Source: Candidatus Hydrogenedens sp.
Lineage (GTDB): Bacteria > Hydrogenedentota > Hydrogenedentia > Hydrogenedentales > JAEUWI01
Reading direction: 5' to 3'
Length of the DNA stretch: 64,000 bases
Assembly (NCBI GenBank): GCA_016125095.1
Contig: WGMK01000010.1
Coordinates: 74,343 to 138,342 of the forward strand
Of this stretch, positions 27,177 to 36,735 are shown one piece after another (within the stretch, counting starts at the first letter, position 1; each line of letters begins with the position of its first letter). The translations under genes and the position numbers were made by a program. Below the pieces are notes generated by a model that was not told the origin of the DNA, did no database searches, and worked only from the letters and a program-made list of their open reading frames with translations.

Positions 27177-28442
27177 TTAGCGCAGCATCTTTTCGCGGCG
27201 GTCTTCTTTCGGCTCGATCTTGAAGCGCTGTTCCTTCGCCCGCGCCAGCGCTTCCTCCGCCGTCATGTTCACGTTCGCCAGCACCGCGTCGCGCAGGTTG
27301 GTCAGCTCCACCGGCGAACCAGGCTTGAGCGTGTGCTGGCCCAAGGTGACCAGCAGCGTGTTCTCGTCGATGCCCGAGACCACCTCGACATACTCGCTGT
27401 CTTCCAGGCCGGTCTCGATTTCAACCTTACGTGCCACCAAGGCGGGCTTGTCGGTGCCGGGCGTCTCGGCCGGCTGCGCCGCCTCGACCTGCTCCTGCTC
27501 GACTGCCTCCGGCTTGTCCGCATTCTCCACCACCATTACATAGGAACGCCCGTTTTCTTCCAGCATCGAGTCCTTCTCGATTGCCAGGGCGTTCTCGCGG
27601 ATGTCCATCACCAGCTTCACGCGGGCGAAAGCCGAGTCCTTCAGCTTCTCCTTGTCGGCCTCGTTGAAGTCCAGCAGCACGCGTACCGTGCCACTCGCGG
27701 GGTCGACCGCCGGGCTGATGCGCCGCACCACCGCTTCAAATTCCTCGCCGGGCGCGGAATCGACCGTCACGTTGGCCTTTTGGCCTTCCTTCAGGTTGCG
27801 GAGTTCTTTCTCCGGCGGCGTAATGGGCAGTACGTAGGAATCGGGATTGACGATCGAGAATGCCGGCATGCCGTTGGCGACCATCATGCCGCGCTGAATC
27901 GCGCGCTGGGTGATGACGCCATCGATAGGCGCCAGGATGGTCTGGTTCTCCAGCTGGAACTGCTGCAACTTGAGCGTCGCCACGGCCTGATCGTAGGCGA
28001 ACTTGGCGTTGTCGGCCTCGAAGGGGCTCAGGATACCGCGATCGGACTGCTCCCGAGCCTTGTCCAGCTGGTATTTGTTCATCTCGACCGAGACGCGCGT
28101 CTGCTGAATCTGCGCCTCGAGTTCGTCGCGATCGAGTTTGGCGAGAACCTGGCCTTCCTTGACCTTATCGCCCTCTTCCACCATCACCTCGAGGCATTCG
28201 CCCATGCCCTTCGAAATAACCTCCACGCGTTCCTCGGCCATGATACGGCTGGTGGTCTCGAAATACGCCGCGATGTCGCGGTGGGTAGGCAGCCCGGCCT
28301 CGACCGGAATCCGCACCTCGACCTCGGTCTTGCTCTTCGGATCCTTCTCAGGGTCGTTCACCTCCCCCGATACCGGCGAGTCGCAAGCCGTCACGCTGAC
28401 GAGAATCAGCCCAGTCGCCAGTAGAAGAAAGAGTCGGGTCAT
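27177..28442 (-). CDS. Efflux RND transporter periplasmic adaptor subunit (membrane fusion protein) lipoprotein
   Basis: Internal ATG at 28442 with GGAGGGG upstream. MTRLFLLLATGLILVSVTAC lipobox. HlyD/AcrA-like coiled-coil and beta-barrel regions. Confidence 0.85.
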   Translation of the reverse strand: MTRLFLLLATGLILVSVTACDSPVSGEVNDPEKDPKSKTEVEVRIPVEAGLPTHRDIAAYFETTSRIMAEERVEVISKGMGECLEVMVEEGDKVKEGQVLAKLDRDELEAQIQQTRVSVEMNKYQLDKAREQSDRGILSPFEADNAKFAYDQAVATLKLQQFQLENQTILAPIDGVITQRAIQRGMMVANGMPAFSIVNPDSYVLPITPPEKELRNLKEGQKANVTVDSAPGEEFEAVVRRISPAVDPASGTVRVLLDFNEADKEKLKDSAFARVKLVMDIRENALAIEKDSMLEENGRSYVMVVENADKPEAVEQEQVEAAQPAETPGTDKPALVARKVEIETGLEDSEYVEVVSGIDENTLLVTLGQHTLKPGSPVELTNLRDAVLANVNMTAEEALARAKEQRFKIEPKEDRREKMLR

Positions 28443-28796
28443 GGCCCCTCCGGAAAAGTTCGGCACCGTGCCAGCCGGGTCGGAATGTTGGTGTTGTGGG
28501 GAGTCCAGCGGTGTAACCACGTAATGTTTACCTACGATTCGACCGGGGTGCAATTCCCCCGGTTTCAGGGATTGGGATTCGGTATGCCGCGGCAAATTGT
28601 ACGGAAACCGCGATCAATAGTACCGCAGGGGCCGGAATCAGTTACAGGGGAGTTTAATCTTGCTCCAGTATTCGCGCCGGGCTTACCACGCAATAACCCA
28701 CGCGCCGCAGACCTTCAGTATACCCCACTCCACCCGCCGTATTAAACGTTGGCCGCCCGCGGTAGATTCCAAAGAAGGCAGTCAGAAGCTATATTA

Positions 28797-28825
28797 TTGA
28801 CAAGTTACAAGGAAATTGGCATCAT
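28797..28825 (+). promoter_or_regulatory. Candidate sigma70-like promoter (TTGACA, 17-nt spacer, CATCAT) in the 540-nt lower-GC divergent intergenic region
   Basis: tatattaTTGACAagttacaaggaaattggCATCATgcc. This would give a 5' UTR of about 150 nt before the 28981 ATG. The -10 element is weak. Confidence 0.25.
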
Positions 28826-28980
28826 GCCGGTAAGTTCGGAGCAGTGTGCTTGTGGCATTGAGTGGGCGTCCGGCGGGTCGAACGCGCTGGACGGGTGGAT
28901 TATCCTGCACAGGCTTCCGGGGCGCGTCGCGATGAGGGACCGTGGCCCCGCCGGGCAGCTTAATTTTTAGGAGTGACTTC

Positions 28981-31900
28981 ATGCACCAGGGATTCAAGGG
29001 GTTGCGCGGGGCGGCCATGCTGCTGCTTTGCACGGCACTCGCGGGCATACTGAGCGGCTGTCCTACGGCCAACGTGGGCTTGGCCTTGCTGCCCAGTCCG
29101 CAGCAGCTTGATTTCGGCACGGGGTCGACCACGATTACCCTCTCGGTGAAAACGAACTTCAGCACCTCCACGCCGGAGCCGCTCGTTATCAAGGCCAGCG
29201 ATCCGTGGATCGTGGTGGCCCGATGCACCGACCCCGCCGAGAACTGCCTATCGGGCTCTCTCACGGAAATGACGCTGGTCTCCATCAGCGTGGACCGGAC
29301 CAAGACGGCCGCCGGCACCAACCGCGGCTCGGTGCGTCTCGAGTGCGGCGGCGCTACCCCCGTGATTGTGCCGGTGATCGCCGAAGATATCCTGCAGGCG
29401 GACTTCGAACTGAGCCGACGGCAGGTCGGCGTGGGCGAAGCCGTCAATTTCAGCAATACCAGCGTAGGCACTGCGCAGTCGGGTCCCATCACCGCCTATC
29501 TCTGGAATTTTGGCGACGGTACGACCAGCACGCAGCGCACGCCCTCGCACGTGTACGGTCGCCCGGGTGTGTACGACGTGACCCTGACGGTGACGGCCGC
29601 CAACGGCACTGAGACCATTGTCCGCGAAGACTTCGTGGTGGTAGGCGATCCGCAGCCCGCTCCCGATTTCAGCGGCACGCCCCGCGAAATCTTTGTGGGC
29701 GATGTGGTGGCTTTTACCGATAAGACCGCGACGGATGCCGGACGCGTTATCAGCCGCCTCTGGGACTTCGGCGACGGCAAGACCTCGACCGCGCTGAACC
29801 CCACGCATCGCTACGACAGCCCCGGTCTGAAGACCGTGGCGTTGACCGTGAGCACCGAATTCGCCACCGCGAGCGGCTCGAAGCCGGGCTATGTGCTGGT
29901 GAAGCGCAAGGTGCCGCCGGTGGCGGCCATTGCCGTCAGCACGGTGAACCCGCTCGTGGGCGAGGCCATCCAGTTCAACGACGCCAGCGAGCCGGGCACC
30001 AAGCCGGCTTCCGCCTGGATTTGGGACTTCGGTGATGGCACGGTGAGTACCAAGCAGAATCCGACGCACGTGTATTCGCGCGCCGGCACCTACACGGTGA
30101 AACTCACAGTGAGCACGCCGCACGGTTCCGACTCCACAACCATTTCGCTTTCCCTGAACTTCCAGGCGCCCAGCGTGAACTTCGAGGCGCTCAACGTCAA
30201 TCCGTCCACCTGTTCCGATCCCATCGCCTGCCCCGAGGCCGTGCAGTTTGTCGATCGCACGAATCCGGGCAGCGGCACAATCGTGAGTTGGGCGTGGGAT
30301 TTCGGCGACGGCGGCACCAGCAATCAGCGCAACCCGAAGCACGGCTACAAGGCGGTCGGCACGTACACTGTCAGCCTGACCGTGAAGACCACGGCGCCGC
30401 AGAACAACCTGGGCACCGAGACGAAGCAGAACTACATCGTTGCCGTGAACCCGCCGCGTCCGGGCTTCCGTATCGGCCAGCGCAGCCCCTTCACCTCGAG
30501 CCCCGTTTCATTTATTAACGAGACCCTCATCGGCACCGAGACTGACGTGAGCTACGCCTGGGATTTCGACGGTCTCGACACGACCACGACCGACCGCAGC
30601 ACCGATGTGAACCCGACCTATCAATACACGCAGGCGGGCACCTACAACGCGCGCCTGACGGTCTCCACGGCCACGCGCAGTGAGGTCTTCTCGATGCCGG
30701 TGATCGTGGATGGCGTCACCACGCCGAAGTTCACGGCTGCGCCCCGCGCCGCGACCACGGCGACCATCGTGCAATTCACTGATACGACCGAGGCAGGCCG
30801 CTCGGGCGCCGGCTCCGGCAATGTGCCGATTTCGGCCTACCGCTGGGAATTCGGCGATGGCACCATCGCCACCACGCGTAATCCCACGCACCAGTATCAG
30901 GAGCCGGGCACCTACAACGTGAAACTCACGGTGACCTACAAGCACTCGGGTTCGGGCGACACCTTCACCGCGAACAAGGTCGAGACCGGATTCATCACGG
31001 TGACCTTCCCGACGCCGCCGACGGCCGACTTCTCGATTACGAACAGCGACTGCATCTTTACGGGCGACACCGTGAATTTCGCCGCCGTGACTGCGCCGGA
31101 AATCGATAGCTACGAATGGAACTTCGGCGATCCGGGCAGCCCGAACAACACCGACAGTGCCAGTTCGCCGAGCCACACCTACTCTGGCCCGGGCGTGTAC
31201 ACGGTGACCCTGACGGTCACCGACCTCGACCTGCGTGCTCCGTTCAATACCGACACCACGCAATTCGACCTGGTGGTCGCGGACTTCACCGACCTCGATA
31301 TGTACGTGCGCACGCCGGACCCGCGCTTCACGTTCAACCAGGTAGGGAATTCGATCCCGATTACCATCGGCCTGACGACGGCCGGCACGGCCTTCAACCT
31401 GTACATGGTTTCGGGCACCTGGCGCACGAACGCGGATATTACCGTCGGCGCCGGTATTCAGGACTACATCGCCTGGAAGCACAACCTCACCATCTTCGAG
31501 CCGGTGAATCGCACTGAAGACACGGCGCTCCTGTTTGTCAGCGGCGGCAGCCGTACCGACGACCCGCCGACGGAAGCCGACCTGCGCGACCTGAGCCTGG
31601 CCGAGATCGCCGTCGCGACCGCGTCCCCGATGGTCATCCTGGACGACGTGCCCGCGCAGCCCATCGATTTCATCGGCGATACGGGCGGCGCTAAGGTCGA
31701 AGACGCCATCATCGCGTGGAGCTTCAACAAGTACCTGACCGATTTCCGCGCGGGTCGCCCGGTTTACCCGGCGGCGGCGGAACCCTGGCCGGTCGTGCAG
31801 ACCATGGCCCGCGCGGCCGTACGTGCCATGGATGTGGCGCAGGCGTTCTCGGCCTCGCAGGGCAATCGCATCGAAGACTTCGTGGTCACGGGCGCGTCCA

Positions 31901-32757
31901 AGCGCGGTTGGACGACCTGGCTGACGGGTATCACCGACTGCCGCGTGAAGGCCATGGTGCCCATCGTCATCGATGTGCTTAACATGGACCAGAACCTGGC
32001 GCACCACAAGGCGGTCTACCGCACGCAGCCGACGGGCACCTCGGGCGGCTTTTCGACCGCCGTGCAGGATTACACCGACCTCGGCGTGTTCGACCGCTTG
32101 GTGCCGGACGCCAATGGGAACCTGCCCGCCGACGCACTTGGTCTGCTCGCGCAGGTCGACCCCTACGAATACCGCAACCGGGTGATCATTCCGAAGTACC
32201 TGATCAATGCCAGCGGCGATGAGTTCTTCCCGAGCGATTCGTCGCAGTATTATCTCGACGATCTGCTCGGCGAGACGAACATCAGCTACATACCGAATGT
32301 CGGCCATAGCTTGGGCAATGACGCGGCGGATCCGTTCAACGAGGACAGCGCCTCGTTCATGCTCGCAAGCTGGTACCTCGCCATCCTGCAAGACGTGCCG
32401 CGTCCGAGCATCAGCTCGGCCTTCCCGGACGACAACACGATCGTCGTCAGCCTCGACAACCCGGCGGCGGGCACGCCCACGGTGCGCCTGTGGAGCATCA
32501 CCAACCCGACCCACCGCGATTTCCGCAAGGCCATTACGGATTCGCTGGGCCGCAGCTGGACCTCGACGCAGTTGGCGCGCCAGGACGACGGCACCTACAT
32601 CGGCACGGTCAATACACCGGTTTCCGGTTGGACCGCGTTCTACATTCAGGTGCGCTTCCCCAACCCGGTCATTCCGGCGGTTATCGTGCCCGATGCGCCC
32701 ACGCCCGAGTTTGTTTTCTCGACACCAATCCGGGTGGTGCCCGACGTGCTGCCCTAG
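28981..32757 (+). CDS. Lipoprotein with about 8 PKD domains fused to a C-terminal PhoPQ-activated-pathogenicity-related (PqaA-like) alpha/beta hydrolase domain
   Basis: ATG at 28981 with TAGGAG upstream. MHQGFKGLRGAAMLLLCTALAGILSGC lipobox. Repeated WxFGDGT.S....P.H.Y...G.Y.V.LTV units. C-terminal GASKRGWTTW (GxSxG) region with PhoPQ_related-like similarity. Confidence 0.8.
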   Translation: MHQGFKGLRGAAMLLLCTALAGILSGCPTANVGLALLPSPQQLDFGTGSTTITLSVKTNFSTSTPEPLVIKASDPWIVVARCTDPAENCLSGSLTEMTLVSISVDRTKTAAGTNRGSVRLECGGATPVIVPVIAEDILQADFELSRRQVGVGEAVNFSNTSVGTAQSGPITAYLWNFGDGTTSTQRTPSHVYGRPGVYDVTLTVTAANGTETIVREDFVVVGDPQPAPDFSGTPREIFVGDVVAFTDKTATDAGRVISRLWDFGDGKTSTALNPTHRYDSPGLKTVALTVSTEFATASGSKPGYVLVKRKVPPVAAIAVSTVNPLVGEAIQFNDASEPGTKPASAWIWDFGDGTVSTKQNPTHVYSRAGTYTVKLTVSTPHGSDSTTISLSLNFQAPSVNFEALNVNPSTCSDPIACPEAVQFVDRTNPGSGTIVSWAWDFGDGGTSNQRNPKHGYKAVGTYTVSLTVKTTAPQNNLGTETKQNYIVAVNPPRPGFRIGQRSPFTSSPVSFINETLIGTETDVSYAWDFDGLDTTTTDRSTDVNPTYQYTQAGTYNARLTVSTATRSEVFSMPVIVDGVTTPKFTAAPRAATTATIVQFTDTTEAGRSGAGSGNVPISAYRWEFGDGTIATTRNPTHQYQEPGTYNVKLTVTYKHSGSGDTFTANKVETGFITVTFPTPPTADFSITNSDCIFTGDTVNFAAVTAPEIDSYEWNFGDPGSPNNTDSASSPSHTYSGPGVYTVTLTVTDLDLRAPFNTDTTQFDLVVADFTDLDMYVRTPDPRFTFNQVGNSIPITIGLTTAGTAFNLYMVSGTWRTNADITVGAGIQDYIAWKHNLTIFEPVNRTEDTALLFVSGGSRTDDPPTEADLRDLSLAEIAVATASPMVILDDVPAQPIDFIGDTGGAKVEDAIIAWSFNKYLTDFRAGRPVYPAAAEPWPVVQTMARAAVRAMDVAQAFSASQGNRIEDFVVTGASKRGWTTWLTGITDCRVKAMVPIVIDVLNMDQNLAHHKAVYRTQPTGTSGGFSTAVQDYTDLGVFDRLVPDANGNLPADALGLLAQVDPYEYRNRVIIPKYLINASGDEFFPSDSSQYYLDDLLGETNISYIPNVGHSLGNDAADPFNEDSASFMLASWYLAILQDVPRPSISSAFPDDNTIVVSLDNPAAGTPTVRLWSITNPTHRDFRKAITDSLGRSWTSTQLARQDDGTYIGTVNTPVSGWTAFYIQVRFPNPVIPAVIVPDAPTPEFVFSTPIRVVPDVLP

Positions 32758-32777
32758 TTATTGAATCCAATCTGCAC

Positions 32778-32808
32778 GCGCCCGGCGCATAGCGCGCCGG
32801 GCGCTTTC
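32778..32808 (+). terminator. Hairpin terminator after the PKD/hydrolase gene (11-bp GC stem GCGCCCGGCGC/GCGCCGGGCGC followed by TTTCAC)
   Basis: Perfect inverted repeat with a 5-nt loop. The U-tract is short. Confidence 0.5.
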
Positions 32809-32828
32809 ACTTGCGCGGAGATTCCATC

Positions 32829-33824
32829 ATGTATGTAGCCCCCCGAATTGAATCGGGCGCGAATGCCGCCGCTGCCTTGAAGGACCTCAAAGGGCGTGTG
32901 CTCGTGTGCACCATGGACCTGCCCTGGAAACTCCTGCAGGAGCAGATTGCCTGGCAGCCCGACGCCGTTCACTTCGTTCAGGACATGGACCTCGATACAC
33001 TCGAATCGCTCGACGAGACGCTGCCCGCATGCGATATCGTGGTGGGGGTCGGCGGGGGCTCGAGCGTCGATACGGCCAAATACCTCGCCTGGAAGCGCGG
33101 CGCACGCATGGTGCTCGTGCCGTCCATCATCTCGGTCGATGCGCCGCTCACCAATACCATCGGCGTCCGGGTAGACAAGACCGTCCGCTACGTGGGCGAT
33201 ATCTTTCCCGAGGAACTGATCATCGATCATACGCTCATCCAGCGGGCGCCGAAGGAACTGAACCGCGCGGGCGCCTGCGATATCGCCAGCATCCATACGG
33301 CGCTCTACGACTGGAAGCTGGCGCACGAAGAGAAGGGCGAGCCCTACGATGCGGATATCGCCGCAGAAGCGCAGGCCTGCCTCGACGAACTCGACCGGAA
33401 TGCCGAGGAGGTGTACAACGTCACCGCCAAGGGCATCGACACCGTGGTGGAGCTTTACCGCCGCGAGGTGAAATTCTGTGCGGAACTGGGCAGCAGCCGG
33501 CCGGAAGAGGGCGCCGAGCACATCGTTGCCTACAACATGGAGCACATCACCCGCCGCCACTTCCTTCACGGCGATCTGGTGGGCCTCGGGATTTACGTCA
33601 TCAGCCACTTACAGCAGAACGACCCGGAATACGCGGTCGAACTGATGGAACGCTGCGGACTGCGGTATCTGTGCCAAGATGCCACCCCCGACGAAATCCG
33701 GCAGACCATCCGCACCCTGCGCCCCTTCAAGGAACAGGCCGGATTGTTCTATTCGGTCGTCGATGAGCGCCCTATTGACGAGGAATTTGTCGAATCCATG
33801 CTGTCCGGACTGGGCCGATCCTGA
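32829..33824 (+). CDS. Iron-containing alcohol dehydrogenase / glycerol-1-phosphate dehydrogenase-like (DHQS-like fold) protein
   Basis: ATG at 32829 with GGAG upstream. GVGGGSSVDTAKY glycine-rich NAD(P)-binding motif and an overall Gro1PDH/AraM-like layout. Confidence 0.65.
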   Translation: MYVAPRIESGANAAAALKDLKGRVLVCTMDLPWKLLQEQIAWQPDAVHFVQDMDLDTLESLDETLPACDIVVGVGGGSSVDTAKYLAWKRGARMVLVPSIISVDAPLTNTIGVRVDKTVRYVGDIFPEELIIDHTLIQRAPKELNRAGACDIASIHTALYDWKLAHEEKGEPYDADIAAEAQACLDELDRNAEEVYNVTAKGIDTVVELYRREVKFCAELGSSRPEEGAEHIVAYNMEHITRRHFLHGDLVGLGIYVISHLQQNDPEYAVELMERCGLRYLCQDATPDEIRQTIRTLRPFKEQAGLFYSVVDERPIDEEFVESMLSGLGRS

Positions 33825-33875
33825 CCCGGAATGAATAGATTGACTCAGGACGGAGGAATTCGCTATGCTACGTGG

Positions 33876-33908
33876 CCCCGTGTGTACGCACACGGGCTTC
33901 TTGTGATT
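33876..33908 (+). terminator. Hairpin (GCCCGTGTG-tacg-CACACGGGC) followed by a T-rich tail, after the 32829..33824 gene
   Basis: 9-bp stem, 4-nt loop, then CTTCTTGTGATT. Confidence 0.45.
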
Positions 33909-33965
33909 ACATTTACAGCGTTTGGCTGCGGCCGCGCGTAAAGATAGGCGAAAGGCGCCAAGGCG

Positions 33966-34781
33966 ATGATGCGCATCGGGCTGGTGGGGTGCGGCAATAT
34001 CGGGGCCGATATCTGTATCGCGCTGCAGCGCGGCGGGATTCCGGCCGAGATCGCGGCGCTCGTGGATTTGGACCCCGAGCGGGCGGCGCTGGTCAAGCGC
34101 TCGTTCCAGCTGGCGGCGGAGATTGTCTCGCTCGACGAGGCGGCGGAACGCGCGGATTTCTTGATTGAGTGCGCGGGTTCGGCGGCCGCGCCGGTGGTGG
34201 CGGAGAAGGCGATTGAGACGGGCACGGATTGCTTGATTATGAGCGTGGGCGGGCTGATGGCCCACCCCGAGATTCTGGAGAAGGCGGCGGCGGCGAATGT
34301 GCAGGTGCGGATTCCTTCGGGCGCCCTTTGCGGGCTCGACGGCATCCGCGCGGCCATGGAGGCGGGACTGCACCAGGTGACGCTGACGACGCGGAAGCCC
34401 CCGAAAGGGCTCACCGGCGCGCCTTATCTGGTGGAGCAGGGCATCGATGTACTCGCCCTGACGGAGCCGACGGTGGTGTTCGAGGGCAATGCGCTCGAGG
34501 CGGTGAAGGCGTTTCCGGCGAATGTGAATGTGGCGGCGGCGCTCAGCCTCGCGGGTATCGGCCCGAAGGCGACGCGCGTCCGGGTCATTGCCGACCCCCG
34601 GGCCACGGAGAATTCGCATGAGGTGACGGCGGAGGGAGCGTTCGGGCGGTTGCAGACGACGACAGTCAACCTGCCGTCGCCGCGGAATGCGAAGTCGAGC
34701 TATCTCGCCTCGCTGAGCGCGGTGGCGGAATTGCGCGCAGCGGCCGAGGCATTTGCCTCGCGCAAGCGCGCGGCACAGTAA
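33966..34781 (+). CDS. nadX: L-aspartate dehydrogenase (NadX-like)
   Basis: MMRIGLVGCGNIGADI Rossmann motif and the aspartate dehydrogenase C-terminal domain. 271 aa. Confidence 0.75.
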   Translation: MMRIGLVGCGNIGADICIALQRGGIPAEIAALVDLDPERAALVKRSFQLAAEIVSLDEAAERADFLIECAGSAAAPVVAEKAIETGTDCLIMSVGGLMAHPEILEKAAAANVQVRIPSGALCGLDGIRAAMEAGLHQVTLTTRKPPKGLTGAPYLVEQGIDVLALTEPTVVFEGNALEAVKAFPANVNVAAALSLAGIGPKATRVRVIADPRATENSHEVTAEGAFGRLQTTTVNLPSPRNAKSSYLASLSAVAELRAAAEAFASRKRAAQ

Positions 34782-34837
34782 GAGTACGACCCCGCCGGGC
34801 GGATAAGCGCAGCGGCACGAAGGACGGAGACAGAGCA

Positions 34838-35149
34838 ATGTACGCAGTGGTGACGACGGGCGGCAAGCAATACCGGGTATCGGAAGGCGATGTGCTGCGC
34901 GTGGAAAAGATCGATCAGGAAGTCGGCGCGACCGTCGAATTCGCCAAGGTCAACATGGTGTCCACCGAGGGCGGCGTGGTCGTCGACCCGGCGGCGCTTG
35001 AGTCCGCCAAGGTGCAGGCCCAGGTGCTCGAACATGGTCGCCGCAAGAAGATCCGCGTGTTCAAGTACAAGCGCCGGAAAAACTTCCGCAAGACCATCGG
35101 TCACCGTCAGTATTACACGCAGATCAAGATTACGGCCATCCAGGCCTGA
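34838..35149 (+). CDS. rplU: 50S ribosomal protein L21
   Basis: MYAVVTTGGKQYRVSEGDVLRVEKI... Canonical L21. Confidence 0.95.
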   Translation: MYAVVTTGGKQYRVSEGDVLRVEKIDQEVGATVEFAKVNMVSTEGGVVVDPAALESAKVQAQVLEHGRRKKIRVFKYKRRKNFRKTIGHRQYYTQIKITAIQA

Positions 35150-35162
35150 GGAGTAGCGAGAC

Positions 35163-35426
35163 ATGGCGCACAAAAAGGCAGGCGGTAGTTCACGCAACGG
35201 CCGCGACAGTCAGAGCAAACGGTTGGGCGTAAAGCGTTCGGGCGGACAAGAAGTCCTCGCGGGCAACATTCTCCTGCGCCAGCGCGGCAGCAAGTTCTAC
35301 CCCGGCAAGAATGTCGGCATGGGCAAGGACTACACCCTGTTCGCGACGGCCGATGGCATCGTCAGCTTCCGTTACGTCACCAAGGCGAAGCGCGTAATCG
35401 ACGTGCTGCCGGCCGCGGCCGAGTAG
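35163..35426 (+). CDS. rpmA: 50S ribosomal protein L27
   Basis: [24 protein letters not shown]... Canonical L27. Confidence 0.95.
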   Translation: MAHKKAGGSSRNGRDSQSKRLGVKRSGGQEVLAGNILLRQRGSKFYPGKNVGMGKDYTLFATADGIVSFRYVTKAKRVIDVLPAAAE

Positions 35427-35472
35427 CACTTCTTTTCTGCCACCCCGCCCCCGGCGCTGGAATCCCTGAGTC

Positions 35473-36726
35473 ATGTTTGTCGATCGCGTTCGGGTAAAGC
35501 TTACAGCGGGGGGCGGCGGCAACGGCTGCCGCAGTTTCCGGCGTGAGAAGTATGTGCCCTTCGGCGGCCCCGACGGGGGCGACGGGGGCAATGGCGGCGA
35601 CGTCGTGCTCCGCGCCGATCGGCAGCTCACTTCCCTGCTCGACGCCCGCTACCGCTCCCACATCGTGGGTACGCGCGGCGTGCACGGCAAGGGCAAGGAC
35701 ATGCACGGCAAGTGCTCCGAGCCCACCATCGTGCGCGTCCCCTGCGGCACCGTCGTCAAGGATTTCGAAACCGGCGAGGAAGTGGCCGACCTGACCGAGG
35801 ATGGGCAGGAATTCATCGGCGCGCGCGGGGGCAAGGGCGGCCGCGGCAATGCCCGCTTTGTTTCCGCCAACAACCGGCTGCCCAACTTCGCGGAAAAGGG
35901 CGAGCCCGGGGAAGAGGTCGAGTACACGCTTGAGCTCAAGCTCATTGCCGATGTCGGTATCGTCGGCATGCCCAACGCGGGCAAGAGCACGCTGACCGCG
36001 AAGATCAGCGAGGCCACCCCGAAGATTGGGGCCTATCCCTTCACCACCCTCACGCCGAACCTGGCGGTGGTACCCTTGCCGGGCTTCCGCAGCCTGACCA
36101 TCGCCGATATCCCCGGCATCATCGAGGGTGCGGCCGAGGGCAAGGGCCTGGGCCACCAGTTCCTGCGCCATATCGAACGCACGCGTGTGCTGCTTTTCCT
36201 CATCGATCTGGGCGACGAGGACCCGGCCGGCACGCGCGATATCCTGCTCAATGAGCTCCGGCAATACAGCGACGCCTTCGACGAGAAGCCGCACGTCTTC
36301 GCGCTCAACAAGGCCGATTTGCCCGAGAACCGCGAACGCTTCGAGGAGTTCAAGAAGCGCTTCGAGCACGTCTACTGCATCTCCGGCGCCACGGGCGAGG
36401 GCGTGATCGATCTCATCGAGCAGCTTTGGCAGCTGGTCGATAAGGTGCGCAAGGCCGAAGAAGGCAAGGTTATCATCGAGCCGGACAAGGTCTATACCTT
36501 CGAGCCGCCGTACAATATTTTCAAGGAGCGCGGCGAGTACCACATCGAGGGCAAGCGCGTGCTGCGCGCCGTCCGCATGACCGACTTCGAAAACGAAGAA
36601 GCCGTCCGTCACCTGCAGGACACCTTCCGCCACATGGGTATTTTCGAGGCGCTCCGCCGTCTCGGCGCGGTTCCCGGCGATACCATCGTCATCGGCGGGG
36701 TCGAAATGGAATACACCCCCGAGTGA
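35473..36726 (+). CDS. obg: GTPase Obg/CgtA
   Basis: MFVDRVRVKLTAGGGGNGCRSFRREKYVPFGGPDGGDGGNGG Obg fold. G1 GMPNAGKST. The C-terminal OCT domain is present. Confidence 0.95.
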   Translation: MFVDRVRVKLTAGGGGNGCRSFRREKYVPFGGPDGGDGGNGGDVVLRADRQLTSLLDARYRSHIVGTRGVHGKGKDMHGKCSEPTIVRVPCGTVVKDFETGEEVADLTEDGQEFIGARGGKGGRGNARFVSANNRLPNFAEKGEPGEEVEYTLELKLIADVGIVGMPNAGKSTLTAKISEATPKIGAYPFTTLTPNLAVVPLPGFRSLTIADIPGIIEGAAEGKGLGHQFLRHIERTRVLLFLIDLGDEDPAGTRDILLNELRQYSDAFDEKPHVFALNKADLPENRERFEEFKKRFEHVYCISGATGEGVIDLIEQLWQLVDKVRKAEEGKVIIEPDKVYTFEPPYNIFKERGEYHIEGKRVLRAVRMTDFENEEAVRHLQDTFRHMGIFEALRRLGAVPGDTIVIGGVEMEYTPE

Positions 36727-36735
36727 CGGAGTAGA

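Noticed and set aside
26310-28424. 704-aa plus-strand ORF antisense to RND permease 1 and the adaptor gene
   Set aside because: It is antisense to two strongly supported efflux genes and has no recognisable protein features.
30508-32514. 668-aa minus-strand ORF inside the PKD/hydrolase gene
   Set aside because: It is antisense to the PKD repeats. Its translation is an Arg/Gly/Val-rich shadow ORF.
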